64,000 nt of DNA, from NCBI GenBank assembly GCA_900088475.1, contig FLMG01002184.1, forward strand, positions 1 to 64,000, read 5' to 3'. Each line of letters begins with the position of its first letter. The stretch's first letter is position 1. This document shows positions 50,650 through 60,646 of the stretch, in pieces. The DNA is from Hyphochytrium catenoides. Its lineage: Eukaryota; Protista; Hyphochytriomycota. The translations under genes were made by a program, and so were the position numbers. The notes under the pieces were generated by a model. It was not told the origin of the DNA, ran no database searches, and worked only from the letters and a program-made list of their open reading frames with translations.

Positions 50650-53600
50650 CATGATGGCGCCGTAGGAAGCCCCGCAACCAGCAACAGCCCCGTAGAAGAA
50701 GTTCCTACCGGAGGCAAGCAACAGACAGACAGCCTCATTACCACCTGTCAGTCAGGAGAAGAGTCAGAGATCGCTAAGGTCAGGTCAGTGTAGATAGAGC
50801 CTCCTGACTGAACATTCTCTAACAGGAGCAAGAGATTTAGTTAGAGTTGTCTACGAGTGCAGCCCAAGTTGCGCAGTGTTTCCATGTGGAGGACCAACAT
50901 TTTGGCGTAGATCTATTCCTTCGTCAGTGAAGCGCCTTTCTGGTCGGTCTTGCAGGCCCACAGACCGTTCTTCCGAGAAATGGACCTACTGAGCTATGAT
51001 CCTGCGGAGGTGTTCAGTCTCGCAGTAGCAGGATGCCTGGTCCTCTCGGAGTTTCATGGCTTTACAGGCACGATGGGGCCATTAACCCTCGTGCTCAGAC
51101 TCCTAAGTGACACTGTTTTTGCCCTTGAGTCCTGGGCTTCAAGAGCTCTATCTCTACCGTCCAACTGTCGCGATGAACTCTTCCAAATCCTTTGCATATT
51201 GGTATGTATCCTCTATAAATCTGCCAGTCCTCTGCCCCTGCAGTCCTTTGTTCCCTGGTGGTTCTGGTGTCTCTCTATGGTAGGACACATCGTAGGCTCG
51301 TCTTGTCGAGAGCTCTCTTGCTGTCACATGCTATGCCTCATATCTCCATGCTTAACCTATTTGTCTTTGGCATCCAGTACTGACCACGTCATCATGCTCG
51401 CTCAGTATAATCTCATAGGCGTTCCCTTCCGCGCCTCGACGGGTAGTGGCTTACGTCTTTCGTTCTTGCTATTGGACTGCGTGGTAGACATCATCTTTTT
51501 TCGCAGCATCTTTAATTCAAAGGTTCGTCTGTCGACTTAGTCTTTCAGGAAGAGACAATCCGAACTCAATCATCTGCACGCCAATCTCTATAATCACAGA
51601 TCCTGACCAAGCTTTGCCCGCCAGCTTTCTTCAACAATGTAACGACTATCATCTTCACCGACACCGCCAAGGAGAAAGAGAGCATTACTCTCAACTTGCT
51701 GGCCGTCCTTGCCGCTGCTATACCTGTTGATAGCCTCTTCGGCATCTACAGAGTCTTTGAGCTCTCCCTGACAGGTAGGAGCACCCTTCACCTTCACGCA
51801 ACAGAGAGGGACTAACTATAAAACAGGACAAATTTTTTCTATGACAAGCCTCGGTCTGTTATCCGAGTTCTACCTAACGAGGGGTTTCCACAAGTGAGGA
51901 CCGAACGTTATGTCTGTCAGTTGCAAGGTTCTCAATGGTTACGCCTCTACCTGTAGGATGTTAGCGATTGTTCTGCTGCCAGACACCTTCTCTTCGTTGC
52001 AATCTAAGGTGGCATCTCTGACGACGCTTCGGTTGAACGAGATGATGGTTTACCTCTTTCTCCTTTACCATTTTACCGGCTGCGCCTGGCTGGCTCTTGG
52101 CCAGGTAGAGAAGGCTCTTGTTACTATCCCCTCGTCACTTGTATCTGATCTGCCAAGTTGTTCAACTTACCGCGAGATAGATAGAGGGCTTTGGAGCCAA
52201 CTCTTTTGTACCGCCTGAACCATTAAGAGCAGCCACACCCTGGACCAAATACTTCTACGCTCTTCACTGGGCCATCTTCAAAGTGAGTCCCCCTAGCTTA
52301 GGATCAATGACTACGCGTGAAGCTTGACATTTGGCTCATCGCTCTTCCTTGGCCTCCCTTAGGTTGAAGAGTCTGAGCCAGCTACCCAGCTGGAGAGCAT
52401 TTTTAATTCTATCACATATGCGCTGATGGGTCTGGCCAACGTCACACTGGTTGGACAGGTACGTCCAACCTCGCGGCTCGTAGGGTCCAAAAGTACTGAT
52501 TTGACAAATTCCAGGTCGCTGCTTACATTGCAAACAGAGACAGCACGATGCAGGACTTTATGGAGAGAGTGGAGAGGGCAGAGGAATACATGGAGATTAT
52601 TCAGCTACCACCCGATTTGAGGGAGAGAGTTCAGCGTTACTATCGGTACCTATGGAGCAAAGACAAAGGCAAGCAAAGAGATGATGAGAGTGTATTGAAT
52701 GACCTCAACATGCACCTCAGACAGGAAATAAGGTGGGAACTTTGCTTCTCCATAGCTTGCTCTTGTTACCTCCAGCTGACCCAAGACCGTAATGAAAGGT
52801 ACTTTCTAAATGGAAGTATCCTAAGACAAGTCTCCATGTTCGCAAACTGTCCGGAAGGCTTTATTCGGGAGCTTGTGAATCTCTTAGAGCATCAGACCTT
52901 TGGTCCTGACGAGTTCATTGTCCGGAAAGGAGAGATCGGTGTGTTCATCGGTAGATGTCATTTTTACCCCTGCTTAGGTTTGACTGCTTTTGGCTTGGTC
53001 GGTTTCAGGTCGCGAGCTATTTCTGGTACGCAGCGGTCGAGTGCGAGTCGTAGATGAGAACGGCGATAGTCTCAATGAGATGGGTGCCGGGCAGTTCTTT
53101 GGGGAGCTCGGTTTGATATTTAGCATATCAAGACAAGCGTCCGTCCAAGCTGTGACATTCACTGATATTTCGGTCCTTTACTATGAGAAGGTCAGACACA
53201 ACGCGTATCGATTGGCGTCCATCGAGGTTTTTTCTTCCCTTTGTATGTCTTACTGAGTACTCTCTTCCATAGCTTAAGTGCTGCCTGGACGACTATCCCG
53301 CGGTATTCGACGACATTGTGGAAAGTACGAAGCAGCGGCTATTGGATCATCAGTACTTCGGACTTACTTCGGATGTAGCCAACCTTGAGGTAACCTAACC
53401 CTAAGGGGTAATGTGCTGCCCTGCATTCATTAGTAGCCATCCTTCTGCCTGCGTCGCCCTCGTTTCCTGCAGACTCGACTTCGGCGTCATGGTTCATGCA
53501 TAGAAGAGGCTGGATCCAATGACGATGCTAAGTCAGAAGCACCAGTGCAGTCAATGCCGCTTGAGCTGGCTTCTCCCCCTTCTCCTCCCAACAAAGTAGC

Positions 53601-55440
53601 TAAGCCAACACTCTTCACCTTTGTGCGCGACCGTCTCCTTCACCAGCCGCCGTCAATAAGCCTGAGTGAACCAGTGCTCCCAGCTCACACAGCAGCCACT
53701 CCAAAGAAAAATGAGAGTTTCAACGAGGGACCAGAAGATGAGTAGGTGATCCTAGGTTCAACACTTATCGGACTGTACCGTAGCAAGACGTTCACGCTAC
53801 TAACTCTTTTGCAGTTTTATGACGCGTGGGCGTTCGACCACCTTGGAGTCAATCACTTCGCTCCTCTCGGTCCCGAGCAAGGGTCCTAGCCGCAGTTCTC
53901 ACATCTCGGCACACTCGGGCTCCAGCACAAGCAAAAGAGGTAGAGAAAAGACGTCAGCTCCTAAAGGATGTTGCTAATAGCTGCAACTGTCTACTCTGTG
54001 ACAGGCAGCCTAAAGAGCTACAACGATTTAGAGCTAGCAGCTGCCCTGCAAGAGGCACCACCATTGAAGGAAACCGTTAGCAGAGCGATCAGGTGTGGCC
54101 GGTCAACAGTGTTCTCGCATCTATGTGGTCTCTATTTATACTCTTCCAAGGCTGCGGTCGTCTCAACTTGTCCTACTTCTTGCTTCTTCTCTGGTATCGT
54201 ATACTTGACGCCTTCCCAACATTCTATCCGCCTTGATAGGCTCCGCACTTCCTGTTCTGAGGGACTCAACGAGCCCTTTCCGGACGATGGTAGCCGCTTG
54301 TCAGTTGATGACATGCTCAAAATTCCTCAACGTTCGAGCTCTAGACGCGATTTGCGCCGTTCATGCTCGACACACAGAGCGACTCGAGGACAAAGTCTAG
54401 AGCGTCATTCTTCCCAACAAAGCGTGACCTCCATCCAGTCCATAGGCAGGTGTGGAGCTGTACAGGAGCAGTGAGAGAGACCTTTGCTCCCGAGATCTAG
54501 ATATTTATCCTCATAACGCTTGACATCTTTCTGAACTTGGCAATTCAAACCTCTCTTATGTTCCATCAAAGCTCAGTACTGCTGAATAGAGATCTTACTC
54601 TTGTGCTATCCGTAACCCAGATCTGGCGGATCTCCTGCCGGAAGTCCAATCAGCAGGCCATGCAGCCTGAACACGAAGCGGTCACTCACATTAGAGCAAC
54701 CTGCTCTCGACGCCACATCAACAGGTTCACAGTCAGATCTGTAAGTAGTCAACTTTGAAATGCACATTTGCTACTTCCGGTACTCAGCGTTCTCTCCCTT
54801 GCTAGAGCTGTGGCCTTAGGGCTATCGCCGCCTGTAGATCAGCAACAGCGGAGCTCTATGACTTCAGGAAGTACGCTGCCCCCGACAGGAAGTGCATGGA
54901 ATGTGGAGCCTAGAACAGCCCAACGGGAGGGACACAACCAGGCGGCAGCCGAATCGGCCTCGATGCCGGACTTGATTGTCCCAAAGGTTAAAAAAAGTCG
55001 CCCTTCGTCTCCACTGCTAGGTCTTTCTTCCTCTCCACTGCTAGGTCTTTCTTCCTCTTTTTGAGCATAGTACAGTCTGAACATTAACGCATTGACTCTG
55101 TGGACAGCTCGTTAACGTTTCACAATCGCCATCTAAGGCTGAAACGGCGGATGGAGCACTGAAGGCGTCTCTACTGAAGGTCGGGAAGGAACAAGCCCAG
55201 CGGTATCTAGAAAGCCAACGCCAAGTGATAGAGGCGCTCATGCAACAAGCATTTGAGCAGGGCTTTCTGGCCGGCGTGAAGAGCAGCACACAGTTTCAAA
55301 CTCCTAGTCCTTCTGAAGTTACCCAGCGAAGGTCTGAAAAGATTAATTTATCAGGGATTGAGACTACGTCAGATACGGCTGGCGGAGCTTCTAAAGAAAA
55401 CGGTCTTCAAGCAGCCACGCTTCCACTGCCAAGATCATAG
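50650..55440 (+). CDS. 6TM cation-channel-like protein with C-linker and cyclic-nucleotide-binding domain, long disordered tail; 5' end approximate
   Basis: YNLIGVPFRA..LLLDCVVDIIF (S1-S2), AAIPVD (S3), HFTGCAWLALG (S5), LPPDLRERVQRYYRYLW (C-linker), FANCPEGFIREL..FGPDEFIVRKGEIG..FFGELGLIFSISRQASVQA (CNBD). Confidence 0.85.
55008..55058. repeat. 24-bp tandem duplication inside a predicted intron of the channel gene
   Basis: tctccactgctaggtctttcttcc at 55008-55031 and 55032-55055. Confidence 0.9.
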
Positions 55441-55836
55441 AGGAACGCGCTGAAGATAAAGAGGACACAGATAATGCCAGCTATCGACGTTGCTCTACCG
55501 ATAGTATAGCTTCAGCTGACGAGGCGACAAGCACTTAGGCAGCCAGACTAGCAGTTTGGCTACACCAGCGGAAACACTTACGTTCCGCATATTAACCAAA
55601 CGAGTATCTCTACTAAGAAGCTAAGTAGACGAGGATCTTTGGCCCACCTATTACATACCAGCTATCCACCAGTTCGGCGTCTTTAGGGTCAGCCAGACGC
55701 CGTTGAGAGGAGAGAAGAGCAACTCATTCCGGTTAGGTTGCAGACATACTGACAGCAATAGTTGGAAGAGCAAACCTGAGTAAGGAACAACAATGAAAGG
55801 CTCCTTCTCAAGGGTTCTCACAACCTCTAGAGACAT
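55407..55836 (-). CDS. Possible small multi-pass membrane protein (3 exons; may extend further 5')
   Basis: Minus-strand donors GTATGT (55658) and GTAAGT (55581) join hydrophobic exons ...NWWIA|VEILVWLICG|TYTIGRATSIAGIICVLFIFSAFLYDLGSGSVAA*. No family recognised. Confidence 0.3.
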
Positions 55837-56744
55837 GATGGGTGGAAGAAATGTTAGGGTCGTGAAGGTTATGGTTATTGATAATAATGAGATTGGAGCT
55901 GGTCACGGTGCAAGACAGAAGCACAGTGGACATTTGGAAAGCGAGAGCCTTACAGCGGCCCCATCGTGAAACTCTAACCAGCGACGAACTGCATGCGTTA
56001 CTTTATGGAGAAGAGACACAATGACAGGAAGATTGGACCCTAGGGAACTACTATGGAAGATACGTGCACAATGTCTATGTCAAGAGGGAACTGGAAGGAA
56101 CAAGAGGAGAAGCTCTTTCTATAGAAGAAGAAGAAGAAGAAAGAAGAGGGGAGGCGGTCGCCGAGCGACATGCGCGTCGGCAACCAAACACAAAAATTAT
56201 GCCGTGGAGTTACCCCGAAGGGCAATCCTGGACTATTACAGCGCCAGAGTGCAGGGCCTGCTCCAGTCCATGTCAACTGCCTGCTTGATCACAGTCGAGC
56301 ACCGACCAGGTAAGTATGCTCTAGATCCTGGAAGGGCTGGCTGTTTATGTACCATCAACGGATCCCACAAGCTGGAGTCAATCGAAGGTAATCCGATTTT
56401 ACTGAATACGGTGTATTTTATTACATATGTGGTACGCCCTATTCCCGATATGGCAATCAAATGGTAACAGAGCTTGTGTCCTGCTACAGTAATACAAGAG
56501 GCCTTTTTAGTTATAGAAGGCCTTATTCAGTTCTACTAGCAAATGCGTTTCTCTGTCTCTTCAAGGGCTGATTGAGTCTGCAGCAGAAGATCTGTCTCGG
56601 CTTTCTTATGAAATGGCTTGCGGTTCGGGACGATGGTGGTGGTCAAGAGTTGGCGTTGACTTGCTATTCCGCTACGAGGATGCTGGGCTAGGAGTCGATG
56701 TTTGACTTGACAGGTCTATGATATCTGTCTAGCAGTAGGCCCCG

Positions 56745-57920
56745 ATGTTTGGCACATCAAATCTGCTAAAGAAGGCTTCAGAATTGGCTGCAAAAGCCAG
56801 AGAATCTGCCGCGGAGCTCGCTCAGAAGGCACAAGCCGAAGCCAGCCATGTAGCTGAGATAGCAAAGGAGAACTCACATAAGCTGGTTTTGCTGGCTGAA
56901 GAGAAGGCCAAAGCGGTAAGAGAAGGTTGCCATATGACTAATATTCAGTACTCTAAGTACCTGTTGAGGATATCTCAGCTCCAAGAAGAAGCCAAGGCAT
57001 CACATCGGCAGTTCCTGGAGGAAAAGGCAAAGTATACCCAGCCAGAAACACGATCTCTACGGTCAAGATTGCCGTGGGAGCCTGTAGAAGAGGTGCCCGT
57101 CTAGCACGTCTGGTGGTGCACCATGTGGACATCCTCACACCCTTATCCCTCTTCAGGACGACGCCGTTTTTGCCGACATTGCCAAGGAGAGAATCCTGCT
57201 TCTCTCATGTGACGAGAAGACCTTTCTGGAGGATCCTCCTGGCGTTGAAAGCTTTAACTTTGATATTGAGGAGTATATCGAGGTCTGTGTGAAGCTCATG
57301 GAGATCGATGAGAACCTCCGAAACCAGCAGAGAAGGTTATCCTTAAAGGTGCCAGAGACGAAGTTCTGGAAAAATTACTTTTTCCGATGCCAGGAGATAA
57401 GGGTACGTTGGGCTAAGCTGAGTAGCCCCTTACCGTCAGGACTAGTTCGAGACCTTTTATTTATACATTGCTTATGCCTTATCTTTCACAGCAACAGGTG
57501 GGCCTGTTGGCTCTTCCCTCTCCCGAAAGAGCGAAGTCCAAGAACACTGACGAGAAGTTAGTCTCTGATACGATGGGCACTTCTCAGAGTGCAACCCCAC
57601 TTCCAGTACCCCCACACCAAGCTAATGTCGTCGAGATGCCAGAGAGCCTTCCCACCAGCGCTCTACACCAAAGAGATTTGGCTACACCGGAGGGAGAGAG
57701 CGGAGTGGTACATACGAACGGAACTCCATCTCTGACCGAGACGGGGAACCCTTCAACGGACATAGCTCGGGTTAGTCTTGGCGACTCTTTGGACCTTGAA
57801 GAGTTGGAAGGAATAGATGGGGGACTGCTTGAAGGCAGTCTGGACGGCGAACTGAATGATGAGCTAGAGGCCCAGTTGGCTATGGAGCTCAAAGCTCTTG
57901 AGGACACAAAGCTATCTTAA
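56745..57920 (+). CDS. BSD-domain protein, SYAP1/DOS2-like
   Basis: LPWE, KERILLLSCDEKTFLEDPP, FNFD, LMEIDENL..KVPETKFWKNYFFR (BSD FW..YF motif); acidic tail ELEAQLAMEL. Confidence 0.85.
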
Positions 57921-57954
57921 TATAAGCCTTTACTTTATGAATGAATACTGCTTT

Positions 57955-59982
57955 TTACACTACGGCATTAGTCTCACTGTTAGGTCCCCGAAAAACAGGC
58001 TGAAGGTCGGGATCGCCAGTGGCTCGGAAGAGAGCTCCGCCTTCTTGCCAGCTTCGGAGCAGAGCCAACTGCCCTATAAGCTCCGGGGCCGGGTTAGCGT
58101 GGAAAGGAAAAATTCTACGGAATGGCACCGAAGCAGGAGGTATGGCCAGATATCTCCGTGCAACGTAACAAAGAGATGGGTAATCAATGGTCCGCTTCTG
58201 CCACCAGTCAATGCAGCTTGAGTCAGCGGTGTAGCCCTCGGTGGGCAAGCCTAGGTACTGGGCTAGCTCTGGCCCATAAGGCAGACTTGGCGTCGATGCC
58301 TGAGGTTGCTTGAAACTCCTTGGTTCCTCGTCCTCACTCTCATCCTCGTCCGAAGAAAAAAAGTCGGTTCCCTTAGTAGGTGGAGGGGGACCAGAAGGCG
58401 GTGGCTGAGGCATGCGACGCTGAAGAAGCTCTTTTTTTAGGGCCTCTTGCACCTCCTTTTTCTTATCTTGGCTCACAAACTGTAGGTTTTTGAAGCGAGC
58501 ATCAAGCAATGATGCTATCAGTGCTGGCATGTCCGGTTCCTTACAATTTTCAAGCCGGGCCAGCAGGGTCTCCGCTAGCTTCAGAGCCAAACCGGACTTT
58601 CTCTTTGTAACGCTCTTCACCTTTTTACCGAGCTTGACAAGGGTAGGCACCACCAGGGAAAAGCTACCATTGTTGGGGTCTTGAAGCATGTTTTGTGCTG
58701 ACGAAACCAAAGCAAAAAGTTCTGCCATGTCGGTCAACGCCTCCACCTCTGAAGGGCTCGGAAGAGATGCTAGCACCCGGCTGGCCTCTAGTCCGCTTTC
58801 CCCCTCGCTCTCCTTATGCAACTTTGAAGTTAGCACCGGAAGGGCGTCCTTTAGCTGGCAAAACTGACTAAGGATAGCTTGGATGGAGAGCCAATCGTAG
58901 GGATAGGCAGAAGCTAATCTGTTGACAAGGTCGGGCAGCAGTCTATTAATGATGCCATCGCCGCGGATCAGGGTGAGGACGCTTCGAAGTTTATCCACCA
59001 GTTGTGCAGCCTCTTCCATCTCGTTGACCGTTGCTTTCAGCGTGTCTTCCAGCCATCTGGCGGTGCATGCAATATGGGAAAGGTGAAATCTATCCAGCTT
59101 CAAGTCGTACTGTTTGTCAGTTATCAGCATATCAACCTTACCCTGAAGTCCCCAACGTTCAATAGCGATTCCCACCTCGAAGGATAAGTCATCAGGGTTT
59201 TGTGAAGATGCTATGCCAGCCACATGGAGGATGTAAGATCGTGACCGCAAGTGCTCATTTAGCCAATGACCACCAATAGCAACGTAGTGCTCGAGTTCGC
59301 CTAAGGACCACACGTCCAGCGACAACTGCACTTGGGGCTGGTACCTCAGCTCCTGGACAATGGCCCTCTTGCATCTTTCGTAAGCTTCATAAATGGTGGA
59401 GCTTACAACAGAGGAGGAGGGAAGAGAAAGTCGAGGATTAATGGACCCCATCCAGTTCTGGAAGACGAAGCTGTCAGTAAGAGAGACAGGCAGCGCCTCC
59501 AGCACGAGTAGTTCAGCGAGTTCATCAACATAGAGCTTGTTGGTCCGTTCATCAAACTTCTTAACCGTGCGCACGTCGACTCGCGGACGAATCTGATGCC
59601 TTGACTTAAGGTGGCGGATAAAGTTTGATGTACCGCTATGAACGGTCATCGTGTGATCACACAATGTGCATCGAGCCTTCTTCCCGTCACTGCCATCCAC
59701 CAGCTGAAAGTATTCCCAGGTGAAGCTCTTTGGCTGAGCACCAGAAGATAGGCTTCGCTTAGGGGTGCCTCCTGGTCCCTTTCCACTTTGTTGCTCGCCA
59801 TCACTAGTTGTACCATCGTAGACATCCTGCGGTGCACCACCGTAAGAAGTCCTTCTTGCAGGCTCATTCCGACGCTTTCTCTTCTTCGCCCTTTCACTTT
59901 CGCTTGCGCCGGTGGAGGAGACAGTGGGAGGCTGGACTTCCTGGCCCCAGATGCTTCGGCCCTGCACCACTCTTTGACTCAT
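57955..59982 (-). CDS. hAT transposase-derived BED zinc-finger protein (ZBED-like), probably domesticated
   Basis: BED finger WEYF..ARCTLC..GTSNFIRHLKSRH, SLDVW, ITD, ASLLDARFK, C-terminal dimerisation domain DWW..YPSLCYVARRYLAIP. Single intact ORF; first ATG at 59982. Confidence 0.85.
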   Translation of the reverse strand: MSQRVVQGRSIWGQEVQPPTVSSTGASESERAKKRKRRNEPARRTSYGGAPQDVYDGTTSDGEQQSGKGPGGTPKRSLSSGAQPKSFTWEYFQLVDGSDGKKARCTLCDHTMTVHSGTSNFIRHLKSRHQIRPRVDVRTVKKFDERTNKLYVDELAELLVLEALPVSLTDSFVFQNWMGSINPRLSLPSSSVVSSTIYEAYERCKRAIVQELRYQPQVQLSLDVWSLGELEHYVAIGGHWLNEHLRSRSYILHVAGIASSQNPDDLSFEVGIAIERWGLQGKVDMLITDKQYDLKLDRFHLSHIACTARWLEDTLKATVNEMEEAAQLVDKLRSVLTLIRGDGIINRLLPDLVNRLASAYPYDWLSIQAILSQFCQLKDALPVLTSKLHKESEGESGLEASRVLASLPSPSEVEALTDMAELFALVSSAQNMLQDPNNGSFSLVVPTLVKLGKKVKSVTKRKSGLALKLAETLLARLENCKEPDMPALIASLLDARFKNLQFVSQDKKKEVQEALKKELLQRRMPQPPPSGPPPPTKGTDFFSSDEDESEDEEPRSFKQPQASTPSLPYGPELAQYLGLPTEGYTADSSCIDWWQKRTIDYPSLCYVARRYLAIPPASVPFRRIFPFHANPAPELIGQLALLRSWQEGGALFRATGDPDLQPVFRGPNSETNAVV

Positions 59983-60646
59983 CTTGCCCTCTTGCAACGG
60001 GCACAATGTAGCCTCCCTGCAGTCTTTAGAACTGAAGCGCCCCAAGCTGCGAGAATGTGCTCTAGAACTAAACTAGTTGAAGCTTCCCTTAGCTCTTCTG
60101 ATGAGTTTTTGAAATTTGTGCTCTACTCGTAGGAGGTCAGTCTGTTCTGAGATCTCAAGTATTTGAAGTCTCGAGTGCTGAAGCTTCAGAGACTGTTGGT
60201 GCCCGCTATCGGAGGCGGGGATGCCTCAAAGGTTGAGGAAGCTCTCAACGGCTGGTCTCGGGTTCCCTGGGCCTGCCCACCCCCGAGGAAGCTATGGTAA
60301 TTATGCAGTCTTAGGACAGGACGGCACCCACCCACCCACCCAACACAGGTGACTCGGCTTGCAAAGGCTCGAAAGCAGAAAATCCAAGTTCCATTCATCA
60401 GACGATTCGGAATATGTTAGAATACTGCATGCGAATTCTGGATTCGGCAAAAAGAGTTGTGCCTGTTCAGTATAGTACGGACATCGCACGAACATCCCGA
60501 CGTCGCACAACGTACATGACGTAGTAACAGTGGTTTTCTATGAAGATTATATCAGGCTAAGTATTACCTTAGCGTTTTTCTCTGGGACGTTACAGAGCAT
60601 CATCGCCCAGCTCGATGAGCCATCATCGGAGGGCAAGAGCTTCGTC

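Noticed and set aside
52302-52316. 15-nt AG/GT-bounded micro-exon that might restore the missing five filter residues
   Set aside because: It reads GAT CAA TGA (in-frame stop), would leave a 19-nt intron and has no GYG.
53390-53408. taacctaaccctaa telomere-like motif
   Set aside because: Only about two degenerate units at an intron 5' end; chance.
38681-57920. Functional link between the Akt-like kinase and the SYAP1-like BSD protein, or a window-wide endolysosomal cluster (ABCA, FAM21, PX, Spinster)
   Set aside because: The genes are separated by unrelated housekeeping genes, and eukaryotic neighbourhood alone is weak evidence without synteny.
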